Source: Acidimicrobiales bacterium
GTDB lineage: Bacteria; Actinomycetota; Acidimicrobiia; Acidimicrobiales; DATDAH01
Assembly: GCA_044221555.1 (NCBI GenBank)
Contig: JBGAOY010000012.1
Coordinates: forward strand, 5,055-69,054
DNA length: 64,000 bases
Direction of reading: 5' to 3'
A model generated the notes under the pieces. That model searched no databases, had not been told where the DNA came from, and saw only the letters and a list, made by a program, of their open reading frames with translations. Of this stretch, positions 25,221 to 33,915 are shown piece after piece. The translations under genes were made by a program, and so were the position numbers. Within the stretch, counting starts at the first letter, position 1, and each line of letters starts with the position of its first letter.

Positions 25221-26476
25221 GCGGCGGCCCCGGCGGTCAGGCGGGCCCAGCGTCGGCTGCGCGCGTAGGACCATGGCCCGACGAGCATGCCGGCCCGCTG
25301 GCGCCAACCCGCACCGGCCAGGCCTGGGGACGCGACGGCGCTCGGGGTGCGGGTGGTGTGCAGGCCGTGTCGGAACCCGGCCGGCAGCCTGGGTACGAGC
25401 GCGACGAGCGAGGAGGGGCGATCGACCATCGACCGGGTGAGGTGCGCGCTGAGGGCCACGCCGTAGGAGAACGCGAGCCGGCGCGCGACGTCGGGGTCGC
25501 GGTGGTGGCGGTGCAGGACGATGGCTGCGGGCTCGTACACGATGCGGTACCCGGCGAGGAGCACGTCGTGGAAGGCCGCCAGATCGTCGCCGCCGCGAGC
25601 GGGTGTTCCCGCGCCCAGTGCGTCGTCGAACCACCCGATGGCGTCGAGGGCTGCGACGGAGAACGCCATGTTGGCTCCGGAGCCGACGGTACCGGTGGCC
25701 CACGGGAGAAGGGTGTTCCGGCGATCGGCGAGGCTGATCACCTCACGCTGGTAGCCCTTGTTGTAGGCGGCGTACACGTCGGTCCACTGCTGCGTCGCCG
25801 TCTCGAGCTCGACGGGGAAGATCATCCCGGTGGCCGCGCCGACGTCGTCGGCGACCGAGAACGCCTCGACGAGGCGGCGGAGCCACCCGCGGTCGACGAC
25901 CACGTCGTCGTCGGTGATGGCAACGACCTCGCCGGTGACGGCGGTTCGGGCGGCGTTGTGGGCCCGGGCCAGCCCCGGACGCGGCTCCCGCACATACGTG
26001 AGGTCGGCTCCTCCCGTGGCGAACTGGGCGACGACATCGCGTGTGCGGTCGTCGGACGGGGCGTTGTCCACCACGACGATGTCGAAGGCCCCGTAGTCGA
26101 GGGCGAGGAGGGACGTGAGGCAGCGGGCCAATTCGTTCGGTCGATCGCGGGTGGCGACGATCACGGAGGCACGGCGATCTGCGCCGCGCGGCTGTGACGG
26201 CCGTCCGAAGCCCGACACCGGGAGTGCCCGGAGCCCGGGTTCGTCCCGGTGGGCGCGGAGCGCGGGGCCGAGGGCGTCCCAGAGGGCCTCGGCCACTCCC
26301 GCCGGCCCCAAGCCGGTGCCGATGGGGATGTCGGCGACGCCGACGGGGTCGCCCGCCACCCGCACGAGTGCGACGACCCGTTGGTGCCAACGCCCGTCGG
26401 GGCCCTCCGCCGGCAGCGGCGGCAGCGGATCGGCCAGGTCGATCACGGCGACGCGTGCCGGTTCGAAGCCGTCCAT
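25217..26476 (-). CDS. glycosyltransferase family 2 with ~100-aa N-terminal extension
   Basis: SVIVATRDRPNELARCLTSLLALDY, VVVDNAPSDD and AITDDDVVVD (DxD). 1-nt TGATG overlap with the upstream gene. Confidence 0.85.
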   Translation of the reverse strand: MDGFEPARVAVIDLADPLPPLPAEGPDGRWHQRVVALVRVAGDPVGVADIPIGTGLGPAGVAEALWDALGPALRAHRDEPGLRALPVSGFGRPSQPRGADRRASVIVATRDRPNELARCLTSLLALDYGAFDIVVVDNAPSDDRTRDVVAQFATGGADLTYVREPRPGLARAHNAARTAVTGEVVAITDDDVVVDRGWLRRLVEAFSVADDVGAATGMIFPVELETATQQWTDVYAAYNKGYQREVISLADRRNTLLPWATGTVGSGANMAFSVAALDAIGWFDDALGAGTPARGGDDLAAFHDVLLAGYRIVYEPAAIVLHRHHRDPDVARRLAFSYGVALSAHLTRSMVDRPSSLVALVPRLPAGFRHGLHTTRTPSAVASPGLAGAGWRQRAGMLVGPWSYARSRRWARLTAGAAA

Positions 26477-27396
26477 CAGCTCCCCTCCCGCTGGCTGGCG
26501 AGACCGACGGCGTAGTGCCCGGCGGTCAGCGATGCGCCGACGAGGATCGCGGCCACGCGCCCGGCCGCACCCGGCGTGCGCCCGACCTCTCGGACGCCGC
26601 GAGCGATGCCCCGGGGCAGGGTGCTGCGCAGGTAGCGTCGCTCGATCGCCAGCGCCGCACTGCTGCTGGTACGGGTGGTGACCATCGCCTTGGAGCGCCC
26701 CTCCGCCCGGCAGCGCTGGGTGAAGTAGCGCCAGGTGCCGCGGTCGGCCGGCACCTGGTGTGCGATTCGGGCACGCGGCTCGAACACGAACCGGCCGCCG
26801 AGGTCACGCTGGGCCCGTATGCAGAACTCCGTCTCCGAGCAGCCGAAGGCATCGCCACCGGTGCGACCGAGCCCCTCCCAGAAGCCCCCGGCCCGGACGA
26901 TCACCTCACGGCGGAACGACATGCTGCAGCCCATCAGGTTGCGAATCGTCGCCGCCTCCTCGGGGAGCCCTCGGTAGCTGCACCCAACGACCCAGTCGAA
27001 CTCCTCGGGGAACCAGGCCGGCCGACCCGAGCGCCAGTCGGGGTCGGCGGCCCCGCCGACCCCGAGGACATCGGGGTTCTCGTACCAGGACAGCAGATGG
27101 GCCAACCAGTCGGGCGCCGCGGTCGCGTCATCGTCGAGGAACGCCACGATGTCGGCGCTGACGGCCGCGACTCCCGAGTTGCGGGCGCCGGATTCCCCAC
27201 GGCGGTGTGTGTTCGCGATCACCTCGGCGCCCGGGAACCGGTCGCGGGCCCAGGCGAGCAGGTCGTCGTTGTGGTCGACGACGACCACGATCTCGTCCGG
27301 CGGGTGGGTCTGGGCGACGACCGATGCGACGGCCCGAGCCGTCTCGGTTCGGCGCTCGTTCGTGTGGGCGCAGATGACGACCGCGGTCGACGCCAT
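26476..27396 (-). CDS. glycosyltransferase family 2
   Basis: AVVICAHTNERRTETARAVASV, VVVVDHNDD and AFLDDDA (DxD). TGATG overlaps at both ends. Confidence 0.85.
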   Translation of the reverse strand: MASTAVVICAHTNERRTETARAVASVVAQTHPPDEIVVVVDHNDDLLAWARDRFPGAEVIANTHRRGESGARNSGVAAVSADIVAFLDDDATAAPDWLAHLLSWYENPDVLGVGGAADPDWRSGRPAWFPEEFDWVVGCSYRGLPEEAATIRNLMGCSMSFRREVIVRAGGFWEGLGRTGGDAFGCSETEFCIRAQRDLGGRFVFEPRARIAHQVPADRGTWRYFTQRCRAEGRSKAMVTTRTSSSAALAIERRYLRSTLPRGIARGVREVGRTPGAAGRVAAILVGASLTAGHYAVGLASQREGS

Positions 27397-28307
27397 CAGA
27401 TCGCCCGCACGGTCAGGCTGAGCACGGTGATCACCGCGGCCACGGCGACGGTTGCGGCGAGCCAGGGCAACAGCGCGTGTGACGCAGCGCGCTCACGGAC
27501 GGCCTGGTGCTCGCGGAAGATCGTGCGCAAGACCCTCCACCCGTCGCCGAAGGTCCGCAGGTTGCTCTGACCGTGGATGCGTGAGAGCTCGAACGACGGC
27601 ACCTCCATGACCTTGAGGCCGTCGCGCAGCGCTCGCACGTTCATGAACGTCTCGATCTCGAACCCGTCGGCGTCGCCGTCGAAGTAGGGGATGGCGTGTC
27701 GCCAGAAGGCGTTGTACCCGTAGCAGAGGTCGGTGTAGTGACCGCCGTAGAGCACGCGGACGAGTCGGGTCAGGGCCCAGTTGCCGCTCCGCCGCAGTCG
27801 GCCCATGTCGTCGGTGCCTCCCCCGTGGAGGAAACGGGACCCTTTGGCCATGTCGGCACCGGAGAGGAGCAGGCCGACGAACGCGGGGATCTCCGCGGGG
27901 TTCGTCGACCCGTCGGCGTCGATCGTGACGATGATGTCGCCGGTGGCGGCGCGCCACCCGGTCTGGAGGGCGACCCCCTTGCCGGGTCGCGGTTCGGTCA
28001 CGACGCGTATCCCCGGCAGCGCGGCTCGGGCGGCGGCGACGGTGCCGTCGGTCGAGCCACCGTCCACCAGGATCACTTCGTCGACCCATGACGGGATCGT
28101 CGGAAGCACCTCGGCGACGTTCTCGGCCTCGTTCAGCGTCGGAACCACCACCGAAACCCGGACCCCGTCGTCCATGCGGGCCACGTCTGGATCGACGGCG
28201 CCGGCCGGCGAATGTCGCCGCAGGTCGATCACCGTCCCCTCGGCCTCCATCACCTCCGACCACGTGGTGTCGGTCCAGTCCGCCGACTGACTACTGAGAG
28301 CGTTCAT
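27396..28307 (-). CDS. GT2 polyprenol-phosphate sugar synthase-like glycosyltransferase (Dpm1/GtrB-like) with C-terminal TM anchor
   Basis: VSVVVPTLNEAENV, LVDGGSTDGT, VTIDADGS and the C-terminal helix LLPWLAATVAVAAVITVL. ATG 28307 has an AGGTGGG Shine-Dalgarno 5 nt upstream. The track start GTG 28316 lies inside that SD. Confidence 0.85.
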   Translation of the reverse strand: MNALSSQSADWTDTTWSEVMEAEGTVIDLRRHSPAGAVDPDVARMDDGVRVSVVVPTLNEAENVAEVLPTIPSWVDEVILVDGGSTDGTVAAARAALPGIRVVTEPRPGKGVALQTGWRAATGDIIVTIDADGSTNPAEIPAFVGLLLSGADMAKGSRFLHGGGTDDMGRLRRSGNWALTRLVRVLYGGHYTDLCYGYNAFWRHAIPYFDGDADGFEIETFMNVRALRDGLKVMEVPSFELSRIHGQSNLRTFGDGWRVLRTIFREHQAVRERAASHALLPWLAATVAVAAVITVLSLTVRAI

Positions 28308-28318
28308 TTTTCCCACCT

Positions 28319-28349
28319 TTTCCTCAAGTTCTCACCTTAGGTGGTCGAT
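28319..28349. promoter_or_regulatory. conserved ~30-nt motif, copy B, at the head of the GT2 operon
   Basis: See copy A at 19637..19665. On the minus strand it reads ATCGACCACCTAAGGTGAGAACTTGAGGAA, immediately 5' of the SD and ATG. Confidence 0.5.
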
Positions 28350-28362
28350 ATGGCCGCTTCAA
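28334..28362 (-). promoter_or_regulatory. candidate sigma-70-type promoter of the GT2 operon
   Basis: On the minus strand: TTGAAG (28362..28357), 17-nt spacer, TAAGGT (28339..28334, TANNNT). The predicted 5' UTR is about 20 nt and holds the SD. Confidence 0.4.
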
Positions 28363-28449
28363 GCGGTATCTCACTCTGCGCGTCTGCTCTCAGTACGTTC
28401 TGCGCACGATCCGACCGCAACGCGTGGCCTTCGACCGTGCCGCGGCTCG

Positions 28450-30066
28450 GTGCTCCATGTCCGATTTCCGCCAGTGCGAGGGCCCGGCACGTGCGACGAT
28501 GCCGGAGTGGTCGACGACTTCGAGCAGTGCTATCGAGCGGTGAGGAGCCGTGACCCCCGGTTCGACGGGTGGTTCTACACGGCGGTGCGCTCCACCGGCA
28601 TCTACTGCCGGCCCAGCTGCCCGGCCGTCACCCCCAAGGCCACCAACGTCACGTTCCACGCCACCGCGGCGTCGGCGCAGTCGGCCGGCTTCCGGGCCTG
28701 CCTGCGCTGCCGGCCGGACGCCACGCCCGGCTCGCCCGAGTGGAACGTGCGCGCCGACCTCGTGGGCCGGGCCATGCGGCTCATCGCCGACGGCGTGGTC
28801 GACCGCGAGGGCGTCGGCGGGCTGGCGCAGCGCCTGCACTACAGCGAGCGACACCTGCACCGTCAGCTCGTGGCCGAGCTCGGCGCCGGCCCCATCGCCC
28901 TGGCCCGGGCCCAGCGGGCCAACGCCGCCCGGCTGCTGATCGAGACCACCGACCTGCCGCTGTCACAGGTGGCCTTCGGGGCCGGGTTCGCCAGCATCCG
29001 CCAGTTCAACGACACGATCAGGGCCGTGTTCGCCAAGAGCCCGACCGAGCTCCGGGCCCGCCGCCGGGTGCACCACGAGGCGTCGCCCGGCACCATCACG
29101 GTGCGACTGCCGTTCCGGGCGCCGCTCGACGCCGCCGGGCTGCTCGCCTTCCTCGGGGCCCGGGCCGTGCCCGGCGTGGAGGCGCTGACCGCCGACGGCA
29201 CCTACCGTCGCACGCTCCGGCTGCCTCGCGGCGCGGGGACCGTGGCGCTGCGCGTGCCCGACGGGGACGAGCCGCGCCACGTGGTCGCCACCCTGCGGCT
29301 CGACGACCTGCGCGACCTCGGCGCTGCGGTGGAGCGGTGCCGTCGCCTGCTCGACCTCGATGCCGACCCGGTGGCGGTCTCCGACCTCCTGGGCCGGGAT
29401 CCCCTGCTGGCGCCGTCTGTCGCCGACGCCCCGGGTCGACGGGTGCCGGGCACCGTCGACGGCGCCGAGCTCGCCGTGCGGGCGGTCCTCGGCCAGCAGG
29501 TCTCCGTGGCCGGGGCGCGCACCCTCGCGGGGCGCCTCGTCGCCGCCATCGGGACACCGCTCGACGAGCCGGAGGGCACGCTGACCCACCTGTTCCCATC
29601 ACCCGCGATGATCGCCGGGGACGACCTGGCCAGCGTCGGCATGCCCGAGTCGCGTCGGCGGGCGCTCCGCGGCCTGGCCACCGCGGTCGACGAGGGGCTC
29701 GTGCTCGACCCGGGCGCCGACCGTGCCGACGTGGGTGCCCGGTTGCTCGCGCTCCCCGGCATCGGTCCGTGGACCGCGTCGTACATCGCCATGCGGGCCC
29801 TGGCCGACCCCGACGCCTTCCTGCCCTCCGACCTCGGTGTCCGCCATGCGCTCGCCGGGCTCGGCCGGCCCGCCGACCCCGCCGCGGCAGCGACGTTGGC
29901 GGAGCGCTGGCGTCCCTGGCGGGCCTACGCCCTGCAGCACCTCTGGGCGAGCCTCGACGCCGATCGGCCCCGGACCACGACGTCCCCGCGGTCGGCGGCC
30001 CGGCCGGCGACCCACCCGACGACCTCCCGCAGCACCGCCCCCCGACCCACTCGAAAGGACCCCTGA
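28450..30066 (+). CDS. Ada-type methylphosphotriester Zn domain + AraC HTH fused to AlkA-like DNA-3-methyladenine glycosylase II
   Basis: FDGWFYTAVRSTGIYCRPSCP...FRACLRCRP (Ada Zn cluster). AraC-type HTH segment LAQRLHYSERHLHRQL...FASIRQFNDTIRAVF. HhH-GPD-like LPGIGPWTASYIAMRAL. The true start may be slightly downstream. Confidence 0.9.
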   Translation: MLHVRFPPVRGPGTCDDAGVVDDFEQCYRAVRSRDPRFDGWFYTAVRSTGIYCRPSCPAVTPKATNVTFHATAASAQSAGFRACLRCRPDATPGSPEWNVRADLVGRAMRLIADGVVDREGVGGLAQRLHYSERHLHRQLVAELGAGPIALARAQRANAARLLIETTDLPLSQVAFGAGFASIRQFNDTIRAVFAKSPTELRARRRVHHEASPGTITVRLPFRAPLDAAGLLAFLGARAVPGVEALTADGTYRRTLRLPRGAGTVALRVPDGDEPRHVVATLRLDDLRDLGAAVERCRRLLDLDADPVAVSDLLGRDPLLAPSVADAPGRRVPGTVDGAELAVRAVLGQQVSVAGARTLAGRLVAAIGTPLDEPEGTLTHLFPSPAMIAGDDLASVGMPESRRRALRGLATAVDEGLVLDPGADRADVGARLLALPGIGPWTASYIAMRALADPDAFLPSDLGVRHALAGLGRPADPAAAATLAERWRPWRAYALQHLWASLDADRPRTTTSPRSAARPATHPTTSRSTAPRPTRKDP

Positions 30067-30566
30067 TGCAGACCACCACCGTCCCCACACCCGCCGGCCC
30101 CTTCACGATCGTCGCCGAGGCCGAATCCGGCACCGTGCTGGCCTCGGGATGGACCGACGACGCCGACGTGCTGGTGGCGCTGATCGCCCCGGCACTGCGG
30201 CCCGTCGCCCTCGAGCACGTCGACGACCTCGGGTCGGTCACCGATGCCGTGGCGGCCTACGTGGACGGCGACCTGGGCGCCGTCGACACGGTCGCCGTCC
30301 GCCAGGCGTCGGGGCCATTCCTCATGGAGGCGTGGGCGGTGCTGCGCCAGGTGCCCGCCGGTGCGCCCGTCACCTACGCGGAACTGGCGGCGAAGGCCGG
30401 CCGGCCCGATGCCGTGCGGGCCGCCGCCAGTGCGTGTGCCCGCAACGCCGCGGCCCTGTTCGTGCCCTGCCACCGGGTGGTGCGCACCGGTGGCGGCCTC
30501 GGCGGCTTCCGGTGGGGGCTCGACGTCAAGTCGTGGCTGCTCGACCACGAGGCACCCGGCGCCTGA
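30066..30566 (+). CDS. ogt: O6-methylguanine-DNA methyltransferase
   Basis: Active site PCHRVV, 166 aa. The ATG overlaps the upstream TGA (TGATG). It is the tail of track ORF 28569..30566. Confidence 0.9.
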   Translation: MQTTTVPTPAGPFTIVAEAESGTVLASGWTDDADVLVALIAPALRPVALEHVDDLGSVTDAVAAYVDGDLGAVDTVAVRQASGPFLMEAWAVLRQVPAGAPVTYAELAAKAGRPDAVRAAASACARNAAALFVPCHRVVRTGGGLGGFRWGLDVKSWLLDHEAPGA

Positions 30567-30716
30567 GCCCGAGGTGCGAGGGCGGGGCCCGAGCGGCCCG
30601 CCGCCTGCGTGGCCGAACGCACGATGAGCGAAGCGAACAGGAGCGGGGAACCTGAGCCCGAGGTACGCCGCCTGCGTGGCCGAACGCACGATGAGCGAAG
30701 CGAACAGGAGCGGGCC
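30562..30716 (+). repeat. two tandem copies of a dispersed intergenic repeat (89 and about 66 bp)
   Basis: An exact 49-mer CGCCGCCTGCGTGGCCGAACGCACGATGAGCGAAGCGAACAGGAGCGGG occurs at 30599..30647 and 30666..30714. Both copies start CCTGAGCCCGAGGT. Copy 2 lacks a 22-nt block. Confidence 0.9.
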
Positions 30717-30765
30717 AGGTGAGCTGACCGCGGGCGCACATTCTGGCGGCGCACACTCGCAGCGC

Positions 30766-31596
30766 TCAGTGGCGCTTGGCGCGTTCGGCGTGGTCGGCGT
30801 CGACCTCGGCCCCGATCAACACCGCGGCGGCACCCAGGTACAGCCACAGGAGCACCACGACGATGCCGGCCAGCGAGCCGTAGCGGTGGGCGTAGCGGGC
30901 GAAGTTCGCGGTGTAGAACGCGAATCCCACGGAGCCCGCGATCCAGAGCAGGGTGCCCACAGCGGGTCCCGGCCGCAGGTGCAGCCGGCCGTGGCCCCCG
31001 CCGGCGACGCGGTACAGCGCCGCCAGCGAGACCGCCATGATCAAGGCCAGCAGGGGCCAGCGGATCAGGTCGAGCAGCCAGCGCCCGGCACCGTGGGGCG
31101 CCCCCAACAGCGGGGGCAGCGCCACCGCGAGCAGGCTGACCAGCACGAGGACGACGACGCCGGCGAGGGTGAGCGCCAGCGACAGGCCACGCTGCTCGAC
31201 GAAGCGCCGAGGTGGTCGCCCGTGGGCGATGTCGATGCCCCGCACGAGGCCGTTCATCCCGGCCGACGCCGTCCACAGCGCCAGCCCGAGTCCCACGACC
31301 ACCGTCACCGTGTGGCTGGCGCCACCCGCGTGCGCGGCGGCGCGCACCTGCGCCAGGACGAGCGAGCGCACTTCGTCGGGCACCGCGGTGGCCGTGTCGT
31401 CCTGCAGGCGGCGTTCGATCTCGGAGGGGTCGGCGAACACCCCGAACAGCGTGATGGCCACCAGGACGGTGGGCACGAACGCGAGGAACGCGTAGAAGGC
31501 CACCCCTGCCGCGACGACGCCGAGGAAGTGGTCGTCGGCGCGCACCTTGACCCGACGGGTGGCCCTCGCCAGTCGGCCTGCGCGCGCGTCGTTCAC
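30766..31596 (-). CDS. YihY/BrkB (virulence factor BrkB / RNase BN-like) family membrane protein
   Basis: DHFLGVVAAGVAFYAFLAFVPTVLV and the C-terminal YGSLAGIVVVLLWLYL are family hallmarks. Confidence 0.85.
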   Translation of the reverse strand: MNDARAGRLARATRRVKVRADDHFLGVVAAGVAFYAFLAFVPTVLVAITLFGVFADPSEIERRLQDDTATAVPDEVRSLVLAQVRAAAHAGGASHTVTVVVGLGLALWTASAGMNGLVRGIDIAHGRPPRRFVEQRGLSLALTLAGVVVLVLVSLLAVALPPLLGAPHGAGRWLLDLIRWPLLALIMAVSLAALYRVAGGGHGRLHLRPGPAVGTLLWIAGSVGFAFYTANFARYAHRYGSLAGIVVVLLWLYLGAAAVLIGAEVDADHAERAKRH

Positions 31597-31688
31597 GCCG
31601 CACTCTCTACTGCATGGCGTACTGCACGGCGACTGGCGCTGGGCGGGTGCCGGCGGTCGGCACCGGGCCCGTGGGTGGTCCGGACGCG

Positions 31689-31721
31689 CACCCGCCCGTC
31701 GCCGGTGGCGACGGGCGGGTG
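31689..31721 (-). terminator. strong hairpin downstream of the peroxidase gene (15-bp perfect stem, 3-nt loop)
   Basis: CACCCGCCCGTCGCC ggt GGCGACGGGCGGGTG. No U-tract. Two weaker hairpins flank it. Confidence 0.45.
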
Positions 31722-31783
31722 GCTATCGGCGGTGTCAGGTGCCGCCGGGCACCCCGGGCCGGGTCGGGCCGGTCAGGCGCCCG

Positions 31784-33748
31784 TCACGGAGCGGTGCGGA
31801 ACACGTCGGCGCTGATCTCGCCCGGGTCCAGGTCGGTGTCGAGGGTGATCAACCGGCTGAGGCTCGTGCGGTAGTCGATGCCGTACCGGTCCCGGATCGT
31901 GCGCAGCCCCGGATCGTTCTCGTAGAAGAACCGGTCGCCGTCGCGCAGTGCGGTGAACTGCCGGGACCACATCGCCGACTGCAACGCACCGAATTCGCTG
32001 CCCCGCAGGTGCCGTTCGGCGACCATCCCCACGAAGGCGTCGACCCGGTCGACAGAGCCGTAGATCGCCCGCAGGCGGGCGGCGACGGTGGTCCGGCGGG
32101 TCTCCCGCACCGCGGTCTCGTCGGCCTCGTCCGAGCCGGGCGTCAACACGTTGCCGGCCGCGTCGCGCAGCTCGGTGATGTCGAGGATGTCCGGGTCGTC
32201 GATCGGGTTCGAGCGGTCGATCTCGGGATCGCGCGGGAACCGGTCGGTGGGCTCACCGGTGATCTGCGTGAAGGAGGTGACCCGGGGGAGCCCGTAGGCC
32301 GCCCGCAGGTCGTTGTAGCTCGGGATGCCGTGGTCGCGCGCCCGGGCGATGTCGATGGCGGCGAGGTCGACCACACCGTCGAAGCACTGGGTGAGGTCGG
32401 ACTGGTCGTTGCACTGGGTGGCCGGATCGGTCACGCCGGGTCCAGGCACCTGGAACATCACGCTGCGCAGCTGGTTGTCGAACTGCTCGTCGTTCGCGTA
32501 CTGGGTCTCGCCGCCGAGGCCGGAGAGCACGCCCTCGACGCCGACCTGCTCGAGCAGGTCGGGGTTGCCGAACGCCACGTTCAGCGGGATGGTCAGCTCG
32601 ATCTCGTCGCCGGCGGGGGCCACCGTCACCCCTTCGGCCTCGAGGGCGGCGATCTCCGCCGGGGTCAGTTCGTCGGCATCGACCTCGGACTCGAACTCGC
32701 CGTGGATCATGCTGTGGGCGCGGTACCCCACCGTGGCGAACTCGTTCGAGATCGACGCGTTCGCCCGGGGGTTGTAGCCCCGGTACGCGGGCAGGGTGAC
32801 GCCGAGCGCCGGGAGGAACTCGCGGTAGGTGATGTACTGCTGCTCGGCCATGACCACCCGGCGGGCGATGTCGAACTTGCGCTGGGCGCTGAGGTCGGCC
32901 GGCAGCGCGTCGACGATGCGGTTGTGCTCGCGGGCGAACAGCGTGTGGATGGCGGTCAGGGCGATGTTCTCGTTCGCCCGCACATCGCCGGCGACCGCGG
33001 CCTCACCCGTGGTGCCGGTCAGGCGACCCATGAGCGCCATCTCCGGCGCGCTCGACGCGTTGCCACGCTCGTCGCGGCGGGGCAGGAACCCGTCGGCGTC
33101 GAGCAGCAGGTGGGCGCCGTTGTTGGCCAGGTTGCCGTCGACCGGTCCTTCTCGGAGCCATTCGAGGCGTGCAGTGGTGCCGCCGTAGACGTTCCAGGCG
33201 TCGAGGTACGAGCTGACCGTGTTCACCTGCTGGCGGGGTGTGCCCGCCGACGCGGCGGCATCACGGGTGAACTCGATCACCCCGAAGTCGTTCGTGAACT
33301 CCTCGAGCGGGTCGGCGGCGTCGAAGGCCAGGTCGGCGGACTCGGTGCCCCCCTGGGCCAGGCCGAGGGTGTGGTCGAGGAACTGCCCCCAGGCCCAACC
33401 CCACTGGCTGATGCCGCGTGCCGAGAACAGGTTCTGGCCCCCGTCGTTGAAGATGCGGTTGCTGACGTAGCGCGGGGAGGGCCCGCCGACCATGGCACCG
33501 CTCGCGTCGGCGTACACCGCGGGGGCGACCCGTGAGTAGGGCTGGCCGGCCTGGCCCTGTGTGGGCCGTTGCTGGTTGTTGCCGCTCCCGTCGAGGCTGG
33601 GCACGGTGATCGTGCCGGGCCGGGGGCCCGTCTGCGCGGGCGTCGCTCCGGCGCCGGTGGTGAACGCGGCGGTCACGAATGCCGCGGTCACGGCCAGGCC
33701 CGCGGCGACGCGTCCCGTCCCTCGCCGAGCGCGTGGATGTCTGTGCAT
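31784..33748 (-). CDS. secreted heme peroxidase of the animal-peroxidase (peroxidase-cyclooxygenase) superfamily
   Basis: Track ORF 31784..34963 trimmed to ATG 33748, with a GGAAGGGG SD upstream. Signal-like MHRHPRARRGTGRVAAGLAVTAAFVTAAF. SLDGSGNNQ and WGQFLDHTL are classic An_peroxidase motifs. Confidence 0.85.
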   Translation of the reverse strand: MHRHPRARRGTGRVAAGLAVTAAFVTAAFTTGAGATPAQTGPRPGTITVPSLDGSGNNQQRPTQGQAGQPYSRVAPAVYADASGAMVGGPSPRYVSNRIFNDGGQNLFSARGISQWGWAWGQFLDHTLGLAQGGTESADLAFDAADPLEEFTNDFGVIEFTRDAAASAGTPRQQVNTVSSYLDAWNVYGGTTARLEWLREGPVDGNLANNGAHLLLDADGFLPRRDERGNASSAPEMALMGRLTGTTGEAAVAGDVRANENIALTAIHTLFAREHNRIVDALPADLSAQRKFDIARRVVMAEQQYITYREFLPALGVTLPAYRGYNPRANASISNEFATVGYRAHSMIHGEFESEVDADELTPAEIAALEAEGVTVAPAGDEIELTIPLNVAFGNPDLLEQVGVEGVLSGLGGETQYANDEQFDNQLRSVMFQVPGPGVTDPATQCNDQSDLTQCFDGVVDLAAIDIARARDHGIPSYNDLRAAYGLPRVTSFTQITGEPTDRFPRDPEIDRSNPIDDPDILDITELRDAAGNVLTPGSDEADETAVRETRRTTVAARLRAIYGSVDRVDAFVGMVAERHLRGSEFGALQSAMWSRQFTALRDGDRFFYENDPGLRTIRDRYGIDYRTSLSRLITLDTDLDPGEISADVFRTAP

Positions 33749-33882
33749 GTGAAACCCCTTCCGGGTGGTTGTCCTCGGCTCGACAGCGCCGGAGGCCCAT
33801 CCGGGGATACGGCGGGACGCACTCAGGTTCCTCTCAGGTGCCACCCGTATCTTCCGCCTGTCCACCGGCGCTGAAGGAGCCA

Positions 33883-33915
33883 TGAGCCCGAGGGAAGCGA
33901 GCAGGAGCGGAGAAC
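33883..33915 (+). repeat. short copy of the dispersed repeat, ending at the start codon of the next gene
   Basis: TGAGCCCGAGGGAAGCGAGCAGGAGCGGAGAAC followed directly by ATG 33916. Confidence 0.6.

Noticed and set aside
33749-33915. Looked for an ECF-type promoter (GGAAC-N16/17-CGT) in the peroxidase / sigma divergent region.
   Set aside because: I found only a GGTTCC / CCGTAT arrangement, in the wrong order or orientation for either gene. That is not enough to call a promoter.
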